Assembly: GCA_964016885.1 (NCBI GenBank)
Contig: OZ024743.1
Coordinates: forward strand, 85,436,001 to 85,500,000
Length of the DNA stretch: 64,000 nt
Direction: 5' to 3'
Source: Eledone cirrhosa
Taxonomy: Eukaryota
The notes beneath the pieces are model-generated. The model was not told the DNA's origin. It ran no database searches and was given only the letters and a program-made list of their open reading frames with translations. Shown piece after piece: positions 12,950-27,900 of the stretch. Position 1 is the stretch's first letter. Each line of letters opens with the position of its first letter. The position numbers and the translations under genes are program-made.

Positions 12950-15900
12950 GTTGGTGGTTGTGGTGTTGTATGTAATGTAGTTCCTATGGTGGTAGTCGTG
13001 GTGTTGTATGTATTGTAGTGTCTATGTTGGTAGTTGTGGTGTTGTATGTACTGTAGTGTCTATGTTGGTAGTTGTGGTGTTTTACGTACTGTAGTGTCTA
13101 TGTTGGTAGTTGTGGTGTTGTATTTACTGTAGTGTCTATGTTGGTGGTTGTGGTGTTGTATGTAATGTAGTGTCTATGTTGGTGGTTGTGGTGTTGTATT
13201 TACTGTAGTGTCTATGTTGGTGGTTGTGGTGTTGTATGTAATGTAGTGTCTATGTTGGTAGTTGTGGTGTTGTATGTACTGTAGTGTCTATGTTGGTAGT
13301 TGTGGTGTTTTATGTACTGTAGTGTCTATGTTGGTAGTTGTGGTGTTGTATGTACTGTAGTGTCTATGTTGGTAGTTGTGGTTTCGCATGTACTGTAGTG
13401 TCTATGTTGGTGGTTGTGGTGTTGTATGTACTGTAGTGTCTATGTTGGTAGTTGTGGTGTTTTATGTACTGTAGTGTCTATGTTGGTAGTTGTGGTGTTG
13501 TATTTACTGTAGTGTCTATGTTGGTGGTTGTGGTGTTGTATGTACTGTAGTGTCTATGTTGGTAGTTGCGGTGTTGTATGTACTGTAGTGTCTATGTTAG
13601 TGGTTGTGGTGTTGTATGTACTGTAGTGTCTATGTTGGTAGTTGTGGTGTTGTATGTACTGTAGCGTCTATGTTGGTAATTGTGGTGTTGTATGTACTGT
13701 AGTGTCTATGTTGGTAGTTGTGCTGTTGCATGTACTGTAGTGTCTATGTTGGTGGTTGTGGTGTTGTATGTACTGTAGTGTCTATGTTGGTAGTTGTGGT
13801 GTTGTATGTACTGTAGTGTCTATATTGGTGGTTGTGGTGTTGTATGTACTGTAGTGTCTATGGTAGTAGTTGTGGTGTTGTATGTACTGTAGTGTCTATG
13901 TTGGTGGTTGTGGTGTTGTACATACTGTAGTGTCTATGTTCGTAGTTGTGGTGTTGTACATACTGTAGTGTCTATGTTGGTAGTTGTGGTGTTGTATGTA
14001 CTGTAGTGTCTATGTTGATAGTTGTGGGGTTGTATGTACTGTAGTGTCTATGTTGGTAGTTGCGGTGTTGTATGTACTGTAGTGGCTATGTTAGTGGTTG
14101 TGGTGTTGTATGTACTGTAGTGTCTATGTTGGTAGTTGCGGTGTTGTATGTACTGTAGTGTCTATGTTAGTTGTTGTGGTGTTGTATGTACTGTAGTGTC
14201 TATGTTGGTAGTTGAGGTGTTGTAAGTACTGTAGTGTCTATGTTGGTAGTTGTGGTGTTGTATGTACTGTAGTGTCTATGTTAGTAGTTGTGGTGTTGTA
14301 TGTACTGTAGTGTCTATGTTGGTAGTTGAGGTGTTGTAAGTACTGTAGTGTCTATGTTGGTAGTTGTGGTGTTGTATGTACTGTAGTGTCTATGTTGGTA
14401 GTTGTGGTGTTGTATGTACTGTAGCGTCTATGTTGGTAATTGTGGTGTTGTATATAATGTAGTGTCTATGTTGGTAGTTGTGGTGTTGTATGTACTGTAG
14501 TGTCTATGTTGGTAGTTGTGGTGTTGTATGTACTGTAGTGTCTATGTTGGTAGTTGTGGTGTTGTATGTACTGTAGTGTCTATGTTGGTAATTGTGGTGT
14601 TGTATGTACTGTAGTGTCTATGTTGGTAGTTGTGCTGTTGCATGTACTGTAGTGTCTATGTTGGTAGTTGTGGTGTTGTATGTACTGTAGTGTCTATGTT
14701 GGTAGTTGTGGTGTTTTATGTACTGTAGTGTCTATGTTGGTGGTTGTGGTGTTGTATGTACTGTAATGTCTATGTTGGTAGTTGTGGTGTTTTATGTACT
14801 GTAGTGTCTATGTTGGTCGTTGTGGTGTTGCATGTACTGTAGTGTCTATGTTGGTAGTTGTGGTGTTGTACATACTGTAGTGTCTATGTTGGTAGTTGTG
14901 GTGTTGTATGTGCTGTAGTGTCTATGTTGGTAGTTGTGGTGTTGTAGTACTGTAGTGTCTATGTTGGTGGTTGTTGTGTTGTATGTACTGTAGTGTCTAT
15001 GTTGTTATTTGTGGTGTCGCATGTACTGTAGTGTCTATGTTGGTAGTCGTGGTGTCGCATGTACTGTAGTGTCTATGTTGGTAGTTGTGGTGTTGTATGT
15101 AGTGTCTATGGTGGTAGTAGTGTTGTCGTATGTAACGTAGTGTCTATGTTGGTAGTTGTGGTGTTGTATGTACTGTAGTGTCTATGTTGGTAGTTGTGGT
15201 GTTGTATGTACTGTAGTGTCTATGTTGGTAGTTGTGGTGCTGTATGTACTGTAGTGTCTATGCTGGTAGTTGTGGTGTTGCATGTACTATAGTGTCTATG
15301 TTGGTGGTTGTGGTGTTGTATGTACTGTAGTGTCTATGTTGGTTGTTGTGGTGTTGTATGTACTTGTATGTAGTGTAGTATCAATGTTGGTGGTTCTGGT
15401 GTTGTATGTAGTGTAGTATCTATGTTGGTGGTTGTGGTGTTGTATGTACTGTAGTGTCTATGCTGGTGGTGTTGTATGTACTGTAGTGTCTATCTTGGTA
15501 GTTGTGGTGTTGTATGTACTGTAGTGTCTATGTTGGTAGTTGTGGTGTTGTATGTACTGTAGTGTCTATGTTGGTGGTTGTGGTGTTGTATGTACTGTAG
15601 TGTCTATGTTGGTAGTTGTGGTGTTGTATGTACTGTAGTGTCTATGTTGGTAGTTGTGGTGTTGTGTGTACTGTAGTGTCTATGTTGGTAGTTGTGGTGT
15701 TTTATGTACTGTAGTGTCTATGTTGGTAGTTGTGGTGTTGCATGTACTGTAGTGTCTATGTTGGTGGTTGTGGTGTTGTATGTACTGTAGTGTCTATGTT
15801 GGTAGTTGTGGTGTTGTATGTACTGTAGTGTCTATGTTGGTGGTTGTGGTGTTGTATGTAATGTAGTTCCTATGGTGGTAGTCGTGGTGTTGTATGTATT

Positions 15901-18900
15901 GTAGTGTCTATGTTGGTAGTTGTGGTGTTGTATGTACTGTAGTGTCTATGTTGGTAGTTGTGGTGTTTTACGTACTGTAGTGTCTATGTTGGTAGTTGTG
16001 GTGTTGTATTTACTGTAGTGTCTATGTTGGTGGTTGTGGTGTTGAATGTAATGTAGTGTCTATGTTGGTGGTTGTGGTGTTGTATTTACTGTAGTGTCTA
16101 TGTTGGTGGTTGTGGTGTTGTATGTAATGTAGTGTCTATGTTGGTAGTTGTGGTGTTGTATGTACTGTAGTGTCTATGTTGGTAGTTGTGGTGTTTTATG
16201 TACTGTAGTGTCTATGTTGGTAGTTGTGGTGTTGTATGTACTGTAGTGTCTATGTTGGTAGTTGTGGTGTTGTATGTAATGTAGTGTCTATGTTGGTGGT
16301 TGTGGTGTTGTATGTACTGTAGTGTCTATGTTGGTAGTTGTGGTGTTTTATGTACTGTAGTGTCTATGTTGGTAGTTGTGGTGTTGTATTTACTGTAGTG
16401 CCTATGTTGGTGGTTGTGGTATTGTATGTACTGTAGTGTCTATGTTGGTAGTTGCGGTGTTGTATGTACTGTAGTGTCTATGTTAGTGGTTGTGGTGTTG
16501 TATGTACTGTAGTGTCTATGTTGGTAGTTGTGGTGTTGTATGTACTGTAGCGTCTATGTTGGTAATTGTGATGTTGTATGTACTGTAGTGTCTATGTTGG
16601 TAGTTGTGCTGTTGCATGTACTGTAGTGTCTATGTTGGTGGTTGTGGTGTTGTATGTACTGTAGTGTCTATGTTGGTAGTTGTGGTGTTGTATGTACTGT
16701 AGTGTCTATATTGGTGGTTGTGGTGTTGTATGTACTGTAGTGTCTATGGTAGTAGTTGTGGTGTTGTATGTACTGTAGTGTCTATGTTGGTGGTTGTGGT
16801 GTTGTACATACTGTAGTGTCTATGTTCGTAGTTGTGGTGTTGTACATACTGTAGTGTCTATGTTGGTAGTTGTGGTGTTGTATGTACTGTAGTGTCTATG
16901 TTGATAGTTGTGGGGTTGTATGTACTGTAGTGTCTATGTTGGTAGTTGCGGTGTTGTATGTACTGTAGTGGCTATGTTAGTGGTTGTGGTGTTGTATGTA
17001 CTGTAGTGTCTATGTTGGTAGTTGCGGTGTTGTATGTACTGTAGTGTCTATGTTAGTTGTTGTGGTGTTGTATGTACTGTAGTGTCTATGTTGGTAGTTG
17101 AGGTGTTGTAAGTACTGTAGTGTCTATGTTGGTAGTTGTGGTGTTGTATGTACTGTAGTGTCTATGTTAGTAGTTGTGGTGTTGTATGTACTGTAGTGTC
17201 TATGTTGGTAGTTGAGGTGTTGTAAGTACTGTAGTGTCTATGTTGGTAGTTGTGGTGTTGTATGTACTGTAGTGTCTATGTTGGTAGTTGTGGTGTTGTA
17301 TGTACTGTAGCGTCTATGTTGGTAATTGTGGTGTTGTATATAATGTAGTGTCTATGTTGGTAGTTGTGGTGTTGTATGTACTGTAGTGTCTATGTTGGTA
17401 GTTGTGGTGTTGTATGTACTGTAGTGTCTATGTTGGTAGTTGTGGTGTTGTATGTACTGTAGTGTCTATGTTGGTAATTGTGGTGTTGTATGTACTGTAG
17501 TGTCTATGTTGGTAGTTGTGCTGTTGCATGTACTGTAGTGTCTATGTTGGTAGTTGTGGTGTTGTATGTACTGTAGTGTCTATGTTGGTAGTTGTGGTGT
17601 TTTATGTACTGTAGTGTCTATGTTGGTGGTTGTGGTGTTGTATGTACTGTAATGTCTATGTTGGTAGTTGTGGTGTTTTATGTACTGTAGTGTCTATGTT
17701 GGTCGTTGTGGTGTTGCATGTACTGTAGTGTCTATGTTGGTAGTTGTGGTGTTGTACATACTGTAGTGTCTATGTTGGTAGTTGTGGTGTTGTATGTGCT
17801 GTAGTGTCTATGTTGGTAGTTGTGGTGTTGTAGTACTGTAGTGTCTATGTTGGTGGTTGTTGTGTTGTATGTACTGTAGTGTCTATGTTGTTATTTGTGG
17901 TGTCGCATGTACTGTAGTGTCTATGTTGGTAGTCGTGGTGTCGCATGTACTGTAGTGTCTATGTTGGTAGTTGTGGTGTTGTATGTAGTGTCTATGGTGG
18001 TAGTAGTGTTGTCGTATGTAACGTAGTGTCTATGTTGGTAGTTGTGGTGTTGTATGTACTGTAGTGTCTATGTTGGTAGTTGTCGTGTTGTATGTACTGT
18101 AGTGTCTATGTTGGTAGTTGTGGTGCTGTATGTACTGTAGTGTCTATGCTGGTAGTTGTGGTGTTGCATGTACTATAGTGTCTATGTTGGTGGTTGTGGT
18201 GTTGTATGTACTGTAGTGTCTATGTTGGTTGTTGTGGTGTTGTATGTACTTGTATGTAGTGTAGTATCAATGTTGGTGGTTGTGGTGTTGTATGTAGTGT
18301 AGTATCTATGTTGGTGGTTGTGGTGTTGTATGTACTGTAGTGCCTATGCTGGTGGTGTTGTATGTACTGTAGTGTCTATCTTGGTAGTTGTGGTGTTGTA
18401 TGTACTGTAGTGTCTATGTTGGTAGTTGTGGTGTTGTATGTACTGTAGTGTCTATGTTGGTGGTTGTGGTGTTGTATGTACTGTAGTGTCTATGTTGGTA
18501 GTTGTGGTGTTGTATGTACTGTAGTGTCTATGTTGGTAGTTGTGGTGTTGTGTGTACTGTAGTGTCTATGTTGGTAGTTGTGGTGTTTTATGTACTGTAG
18601 TGTCTATGTTGGTAGTTGTGGTGTTGCATGTACTGTAGTGTCTATGTTGGTGGTTGTGGTGTTGTATGTACTGTAGTGTCTATGTTGGTAGTTGTGGTGT
18701 TGTATGTACTGTAGTGTCTATGTTGGTAGTTGTGGTGTTGTATGTACTGTAGTCTCTATGTTGGTAGTTGTGGTGCTGTATGTACTGTAGTGTCTATGTT
18801 GGTAGTTGTGGTGTTGTATGTACTGTAGTGTCTATGTTGGTAGTTGTGGTGTTGTATTTACTGTAGTGTCTATGTTGGTGGTTGTGGTGTTGTATGTACT

Positions 18901-21900
18901 GTAGTGTCTATGTTGGTAGTTGTGGTGTTGTATGTACTGTAGTGTCTATGTTGGTAGTTGTGGTGTTGTATGTACTGTAGTCTCTATGTTGGTAGTTGTG
19001 GTGCTGTATGTACTGTAGTGTCTATGTTGGTAGTTGTGGTGTTTTACGTACTGTAGTGTCTATGTTGGTAGTTGTGGTGTTGTATTTACTGTAGTGTCTA
19101 TGTTGGTGGTTGTGGTGTTGTATGTAATGTAGTGTCTATGTTGGTGGTTGTGGTGTTGTATTTACTGTAGTGTCTATGTTGGTGGTTGTGGTGTTGTATG
19201 TAATGTAGTGTCTATGTTGGTAGTTGTGGTGTTGTATGTACTGTAGTGTCTATGTTGGTAGTTGTGGTGTTTTATGTACTGTAGTGTCTATGTTGGTAGT
19301 TGTGGTGTTGTATGTACTGTAGTGTCTATGTTGGTAGTTGTGGTGTTGTATGTAATGTAGTGTCTATGTTGGTGGTTGTGGTGTTGTATGTACTGTAGTG
19401 TCTATGTTGGTAGTTGTGGTGTTTTATGTACTGTAGTGTCTATGTTGGTAGTTGTGGTGTTGTATTTACTGTAGTGTCTATGTTGGTGGTTGTGGTGTTG
19501 TATGTACTGTAGTGTCTATGTTGGTAGTTGCGGTGTTGTATGTACTGTAGTGTCTATGTTAGTGGTTGTGGTGTTGTATGTACTGTAGTGTCTATGTTGG
19601 TAGTTGTGGTGTTGTATGTACTGTAGCGTCTATGTTGGTAATTGTGATGTTGTATGTACTGTAGTGTCTATGTTGGTAGTTGTGCTGTTGCATGTACTGT
19701 AGTGTCTATGTTGGTGGTTGTGGTGTTGTATGTACTGTAGTGTCTATGTTGGTAGTTGTGGTGTTGTATGTACTGTAGTGTCTATATTGGTGGTTGTGGT
19801 GTTGTATGTACTGTAGTGTCTATGGTAGTAGTTGTGGTGTTGTATGTACTGTAGTGTCTATGTTGGTGGTTGTGGTGTTGTACATACTGTAGTGTCTATG
19901 TTCGTAGTTGTGGTGTTGTACATACTGTAGTGTCTATGTTGGTATTTGTGGTGTTGTATGTACTGTAGTGTCTATGTTGATAGTTGTGGGGTTGTATGTA
20001 CTGTAGTGTCTATGTTGGTAGTTGCGGTGTTGTATGTACTGTAGTGGCTATGTTAGTGGTTGTGGTGTTGTATGTACTGTAGTGTCTATGTTGGTAGTTG
20101 CGGTGTTGTATGTACTGTAGTGTCTATGTTAGTTGTTGTGGTGTTGTATGTACTGTAGTGTCTATGTTGGTAGTTGAGGTGTTGTAAGTACTGTAGTGTC
20201 TATGTTGGTAGTTGTGGTGTTGTATGTACTGTAGTGTCTATGTTAGTAGTTGTGGTGTTGTATGTACTGTAGTGTCTATGTTGGTAGTTGAGGTGTTGTA
20301 AGTACTGTAGTGTCTATGTTGGTAGTTGTGGTGTTGTATGTACTGTAGTGTCTATGTTGGTAGTTGTGGTGTTGTATGTACTGTAGCGTCTATGTTGGTA
20401 ATTGTGGTGTTGTATATAATGTAGTGTCTATGTTGGTAGTTGTGGTGTTGTATGTACTGTAGTGTCTATGTTGGTAGTTGTGGTGTTGTATGTACTGTAG
20501 TGTCTATGTTGGTAGTTGTGGTGTTGTATGTACTGTAGTGTCTATGTTGGTAATTGTGGTGTTGTATGTACTGTAGTGTCTATGTTGGTAGTTGTGCTGT
20601 TGCATGTACTGTAGTGTCTATGTTGGTAGTTGTGGTGTTGTATGTACTGTAGTGTCTATGTTGGTAGTTGTGGTGTTTTATGTACTGTAGTGTCTATGTT
20701 GGTGGTTGTGGTGTTGTATGTACTGTAATGTCTATGTTGGTAGTTGTGGTGTTTTATGTACTGTAGTGTCTATGTTGGTCGTTGTGGTGTTGCATGTACT
20801 GTAGTGTCTATGTTGGTAGTTGTGGTGTTGTACATACTGTAGTGTCTATGTTGGTAGTTGTGGTGTTGTATGTGCTGTAGTGTCTATGTTGGTAGTTGTG
20901 GTGTTGTAGTACTGTAGTGTCTATGTTGGTGGTTGTTGTGTTGTATGTACTGTAGTGTCTATGTTGTTATTTGTGGTGTCGCATGTACTGTAGTGTCTAT
21001 GTTGGTAGTCGTGGTGTCGCATGTACTGTAGTGTCTATGTTGGTAGTTGTGGTGTTGTATGTAGTGTCTATGGTGGTAGTAGTGTTGTCGTATGTAACGT
21101 AGTGTCTATGTTGGTAGTTGTGGTGTTGTATGTACTGTAGTGTCTATGTTGGTAGTTGTCGTGTTGTATGTACTGTAGTGTCTATGTTGGTAGTTGTGGT
21201 GCTGTATGTACTGTAGTGTCTATGCTGGTAGTTGTGGTGTTGCATGTACTATAGTGTCTATGTTGGTGGTTGTGGTGTTGTATGTACTGTAGTGTCTATG
21301 TTGGTTGTTGTGGTGTTGTATGTACTTGTATGTAGTGTAGTATCAATGTTGGTGGTTGTGGTGTTGTATGTAGTGTAGTATCTATGTTGGTGGTTGTGGT
21401 GTTGTATGTACTGTAGTGTCTATGCTGGTGGTGTTGTATGTACTGTAGTGTCTATCTTGGTAGTTGTGGTGTTGTATGTACTGTAGTGTCTATGTTGGTA
21501 GTTGTGGTGTTGTATGTACTGTAGTGTCTATGTTGGTGGTTGTGGTGTTGTATGTACTGTAGTGTCTATGTTGGTAGTTGTGGTGTTGTATGTACTGTAG
21601 TGTCTATGTTGGTAGTTGTGGTGTTGTGTGTACTGTAGTGTCTATGTTGGTAGTTGTGGTGTTTTATGTACTGTAGTGTCTATGTTGGTAGTTGTGGTGT
21701 TGCATGTACTGTAGTGTCTATGTTGGTGGTTGTGGTGTTGTATGTACTGTAGTGTCTATGTTGGTAGTTGTGGTGTTGTATGTACTGTAGTGTCTATGTT
21801 GGTAGTTGTGGTGTTGTATGTACTGTAGTCTCTATGTTGGTAGTTGTGGTGCTGTATGTACTGTAGTGTCTATGTTGGTAGTTGTGGTGTTGTATGTACT

Positions 21901-24900
21901 GTAGTGTCTATGTTGGTAGTTGTGGTGTTGTATTTACTGTAGTGTCTATGTTGGTGGTTGTGGTGTTGTATGTACTGTAGTGTCTATGTTGGTAGTTGCG
22001 GTGTTGTATGTACTGTAGTGTCTATGTTAGTGGTTGTGGTGTTGTATGTACTGTAGTGTCTATGTTGGTAGTTGTGGTGTTGTATGTACTGTAGCGTCTA
22101 TGTTGGTAATTGTGGTGTTGTATGTACTGTAGTGTCTATGTTGGTAGTTGTGCTGTTGCATGTACTGTAGTGTCTATGTTGGTGGTTGTGGTGTTGTATG
22201 TACTGTAGTGTCTATGTTGGTAGTTGTGGTGTTGTATGTACTGTAGTGTCTATATTGGTGGTTGTGGTGTTGTATGTACTGTAGTGTCTATGGTAGTAGT
22301 TGTGGTGTTGTATGTACTGTAGTGTCTATGTTGGTGGTTGTGGTGTTGTACATACTGTAGTGTCTATGTTCGTAGTTGTGGTGTTGTACATACTGTAGTG
22401 TCTATGTTGGTAGTTGTGGTGTTGTATGTACTGTAGTGTCTATGTTGATAGTTGTGGGGTTGTATGTACTGTAGTGTCTATGTTGGTAGTTGCGGTGTTG
22501 TATGTACTGTAGTGGCTATGTTAGTGGTTGTGGTGTTGTATGTACTGTAGTGTCTATGTTGGTAGTTGCGGTGTTGTATGTACTGTAGTGTCTATGTTAG
22601 TTGTTGTGGTGTTGTATGTACTGTAGTGTCTATGTTGGTAGTTGAGGTGTTGTAAGTACTGTAGTGTCTATGTTGGTAGTTGTGGTGTTGTATGTACTGT
22701 AGTGTCTATGTTAGTAGTTGTGGTGTTGTATGTACTGTAGTGTCTATGTTGGTAGTTGAGGTGTTGTAAGTACTGTAGTGTCTATGTTGGTAGTTGTGGT
22801 GTTGTATGTACTGTAGTGTCTATGTTGGTAGTTGTGGTGTTGTATGTACTGTAGCGTCTATGTTGGTAATTGTGGTGTTGTATATAATGTAGTGTCTATG
22901 TTGGTAGTTGTGGTGTTGTATGTACTGTAGTGTCTATGTTGGTAGTTGTGGTGTTGTATGTACTGTAGTGTCTATGTTGGTAGTTGTGGTGTTGTATGTA
23001 CTGTAGTGTCTATGTTGGTAATTGTGGTGTTGTATGTACTGTAGTGTCTATGTTGGTAGTTGTGCTGTTGCATGTACTGTAGTGTCTATGTTGGTAGTTG
23101 TGGTGTTGTATGTACTGTAGTGTCTATGTTGGTAGTTGTGGTGTTTTATGTACTGTAGTGTCTATGTTGGTGGTTGTGGTGTTGTATGTACTGTAATGTC
23201 TATGTTGGTAGTTGTGGTGTTTTATGTACTGTAGTGTCTATGTTGGTCGTTGTGGTGTTGCATGTACTGTAGTGTCTATGTTGGTAGTTGTGGTGTTGTA
23301 CATACTGTAGTGTCTATGTTGGTAGTTGTGGTGTTGTATGTGCTGTAGTGTCTATGTTGGTAGTTGTGGTGTTGTAGTACTGTAGTGTCTATGTTGGTGG
23401 TTGTTGTGTTGTATGTACTGTAGTGTCTATGTTGTTATTTGTGGTGTCGCATGTACTGTAGTGTCTATGTTGGTAGTCGTGGTGTCGCATGTACTGTAGT
23501 GTCTATGTTGGTAGTTGTGGTGTTGTATGTAGTGTCTATGGTGGTAGTAGTGTTGTCGTATGTAACGTAGTGTCTATGTTGGTAGTTGTGGTGTTGTATG
23601 TACTGTAGTGTCTATGTTGGTAGTTGTGGTGTTGTATGTACTGTAGTGTCTATGTTGGTAGTTGTGGTGCTGTATGTACTGTAGTGTCTATGCTGGTAGT
23701 TGTGGTGTTGCATGTACTATAGTGTCTATGTTGGTGGTTGTGGTGTTGTATGTACTGTAGTGTCTATGTTGGTTGTTGTGGTGTTGTATGTACTTGTATG
23801 TAGTGTAGTATCAATGTTGGTGGTTGTGGTGTTGTATGTAGTGTAGTATCTATGTTGGTGGTTGTGGTGTTGTATGTACTGTAGTGTCTATGCTGGTGGT
23901 GTTGTATGTACTGTAGTGTCTATCTTGGTAGTTGTGGTGTTGTATGTACTGTAGTGTCTATGTTGGTAGTTGTGGTGTTGTATGTACTGTAGTGTCTATG
24001 TTGGTGGTTGTGGTGTTGTATGTACTGTAGTGTCTATGTTGGTAGTTGTGGTGTTGTATGTACTGTAGTGTCTATGTTGGTAGTTGTGGTGTTGTGTGTA
24101 CTGTAGTGTCTATGTTGGTAGTTGTGGTGTTTTATGTACTGTAGTGTCTATGTTGGTAGTTGTGGTGTTGCATGTACTGTAGTGTCTATGTTGGTGGTTG
24201 TGGTGTTGTATGTACTGTAGTGTCTATGTTGGTAGTTGTGGTGTTGTATGTACTGTAGTGTCTATGTTGGTGGTTGTGGTGTTGTATGTAATGTAGTTCC
24301 TATGGTGGTAGTCGTGGTGTTGTATGTATTGTAGTGTCTATGTTGGTAGTTGTGGTGTTGTATGTACTGTAGTGTCTATGTTGGTAGTTGTGGTGTTTTA
24401 CGTACTGTAGTGTCTATGTTGGTAGTTGTGGTGTTGTATTTACTGTAGTGTCTATGTTGGTGGTTGTGGTGTTGTATGTAATGTAGTGTCTATGTTGGTG
24501 GTTGTGGTGTTGTATTTACTGTAGTGTCTATGTTGGTGGTTGTGGTGTTGTATGTAATGTAGTGTCTATGTTGGTAGTTGTGGTGTTGTATGTACTGTAG
24601 TGTCTATGTTGGTAGTTGTGGTGTTTTATGTACTGTAGTGTCTATGTTGGTAGTTGTGGTGTTGTATGTACTGTAGTGTCTATGTTGGTAGTTGTGGTGT
24701 TGTATGTAATGTAGTGTCTATGTTGGTGGTTGTGGTGTTGTATGTACTGTAGTGTCTATGTTGGTAGTTGTGGTGTTTTATGTACTGTAGTGTCTATGTT
24801 GGTAGTTGTGGTGTTGTATTTACTGTAGTGTCTATGTTGGTGGTTGTGGTGTTGTATGTACTGTAGTGTCTATGTTGGTAGTTGCGGTGTTGTATGTACT

Positions 24901-27900
24901 GTAGTGTCTATGTTAGTGGTTGTGGTGTTGTATGTACTGTAGTGTCTATGTTGGTAGTTGTGGTGTTGTATGTACTGTAGCGTCTATGTTGGTAATTGTG
25001 ATGTTGTATGTACTGTAGTGTCTATGTTGGTAGTTGTGCTGTTGCATGTACTGTAGTGTCTATGTTGGTGGTTGTGGTGTTGTATGTACTGTAGTGTCTA
25101 TGTTGGTAGTTGTGGTGTTGTATGTACTGTAGTGTCTATATTGGTGGTTGTGGTGTTGTATGTACTGTAGTGTCTATGGTAGTAGTTGTGGTGTTGTATG
25201 TACTGTAGTGTCTATGTTGGTGGTTGTGGTGTTGTACATACTGTAGTGTCTATGTTCGTAGTTGTGGTGTTGTACATACTGTAGTGTCTATGTTGGTAGT
25301 TGTGGTGTTGTATGTACTGTAGTGTCTATGTTGATAGTTGTGGGGTTGTATGTACTGTAGTGTCTATGTTGGTAGTTGCGGTGTTGTATGTACTGTAGTG
25401 GCTATGTTAGTGGTTGTGGTGTTGTATGTACTGTAGTGTCTATGTTGGTAGTTGCGGTGTTGTATGTACTGTAGTGTCTATGTTAGTTGTTGTGGTGTTG
25501 TATGTACTGTAGTGTCTATGTTGGTAGTTGAGGTGTTGTAAGTACTGTAGTGTCTATGTTGGTAGTTGTGGTGTTGTATGTACTGTAGTGTCTATGTTAG
25601 TAGTTGTGGTGTTGTATGTACTGTAGTGTCTATGTTGGTAGTTGAGGTGTTGTAAGTACTGTAGTGTCTATGTTGGTAGTTGTGGTGTTGTATGTACTGT
25701 AGTGTCTATGTTGGTAGTTGTGGTGTTGTATGTACTGTAGCGTCTATGTTGGTAATTGTGGTGTTGTATATAATGTAGTGTCTATGTTGGTAGTTGTGGT
25801 GTTGTATGTACTGTAGTGTCTATGTTGGTAGTTGTGGTGTTGTATGTACTGTAGTGTCTATGTTGGTAGTTGTGGTGTTGTATGTACTGTAGTGTCTATG
25901 TTGGTAATTGTGGTGTTGTATGTACTGTAGTGTCTATGTTGGTAGTTGTGCTGTTGCATGTACTGTAGTGTCTATGTTGGTAGTTGTGGTGTTGTATGTA
26001 CTGTAGTGTCTATGTTGGTAGTTGTGGTGTTTTATGTACTGTAGTGTCTATGTTGGTGGTTGTGGTGTTGTATGTACTGTAATGTCTATGTTGGTAGTTG
26101 TGGTGTTTTATGTACTGTAGTGTCTATGTTGGTCGTTGTGGTGTTGCATGTACTGTAGTGTCTATGTTGGTAGTTGTGGTGTTGTACATACTGTAGTGTC
26201 TATGTTGGTAGTTGTGGTGTTGTATGTGCTGTAGTGTCTATGTTGGTAGTTGTGGTGTTGTAGTACTGTAGTGTCTATGTTGGTGGTTGTTGTGTTGTAT
26301 GTACTGTAGTGTCTATGTTGTTATTTGTGGTGTCGCATGTACTGTAGTGTCTATGTTGGTAGTCGTGGTGTCGCATGTACTGTAGTGTCTATGTTGGTAG
26401 TTGTGGTGTTGTATGTAGTGTCTATGGTGGTAGTAGTGTTGTCGTATGTAACGTAGTGTCTATGTTGGTAGTTGTGGTGTTGTATGTACTGTAGTGTCTA
26501 TGTTGGTAGTTGTCGTGTTGTATGTACTGTAGTGTCTATGTTGGTAGTTGTGGTGCTGTATGTACTGTAGTGTCTATGCTGGTAGTTGTGGTGTTGCATG
26601 TACTATAGTGTCTATGTTGGTGGTTGTGGTGTTGTATGTACTGTAGTGTCTATGTTGGTTGTTGTGGTGTTGTATGTACTTGTATGTAGTGTAGTATCAA
26701 TGTTGGTGGTTGTGGTGTTGTATGTAGTGTAGTATCTATGTTGGTGGTTGTGGTGTTGTATGTACTGTAGTGTCTATCTTGGTAGTTGTGGTGTTGTATG
26801 TACTGTAGTGTCTATGTTGGTAGTTGTGGTGTTGTATGTACTGTAGTGTCTATGTTGGTGGTTGTGGTGTTGTATGTACTGTAGTGTCTATGTTGGTAGT
26901 TGTGGTGTTGTATGTACTGTAGTGTCTATGTTGGTAGTTGTGGTGTTGTGTGTACTGTAGTGTCTATGTTGGTAGTTGTGGTGTTTTATGTACTGTAGTG
27001 TCTATGTTGGTAGTTGTGGTGTTGCATGTACTGTAGTGTCTATGTTGGTGGTTGTGGTGTTGTATGTACTGTAGTGTCTATGTTGGTAGTTGTGGTGTTG
27101 TATGTACTGTAGTGTCTATGTTGGTAGTTGTGGTGTTGTATGTACTGTAGTCTCTATGTTGGTAGTTGTGGTGCTGTATGTACTGTAGTGTCTATGTTGG
27201 TAGTTGTGGTGTTGTATGTACTGTAGTGTCTATGTTGGTAGTTGTGGTGTTGTATTTACTGTAGTGTCTATGTTGGTGGTTGTGGTGTTGTATGTACTGT
27301 AGTGTCTATGTTGGTAGTTGCGGTGTTGTATGTACTGTAGTGTCTATGTTAGTGGTTGTGGTGTTGTATGTACTGTAGTGTCTATGTTGGTAGTTGTGGT
27401 GTTGTATGTACTGTAGCGTCTATGTTGGTAATTGTGGTGTTGTATGTACTGTAGTGTCTATGTTGGTAGTTGTGCTGTTGCATGTACTGTAGTGTCTATG
27501 TTGGTGGTTGTGGTGTTGTATGTACTGTAGTGTCTATGTTGGTAGTTGTGGTGTTGTATGTACTGTAGTGTCTATATTGGTGGTTGTGGTGTTGTATGTA
27601 CTGTAGTGTCTATGGTAGTAGTTGTGGTGTTGTATGTACTGTAGTGTCTATGTTGGTGGTTGTGGTGTTGTACATACTGTAGTGTCTATGTTCGTAGTTG
27701 TGGTGTTGTACATACTGTAGTGTCTATGTTGGTAGTTGTGGTGTTGTATGTACTGTAGTGTCTATGTTGATAGTTGTGGGGTTGTATGTACTGTAGTGTC
27801 TATGTTGGTAGTTGCGGTGTTGTATGTACTGTAGTGGCTATGTTAGTGGTTGTGGTGTTGTATGTACTGTAGTGTCTATGTTGGTAGTTGCGGTGTTGTA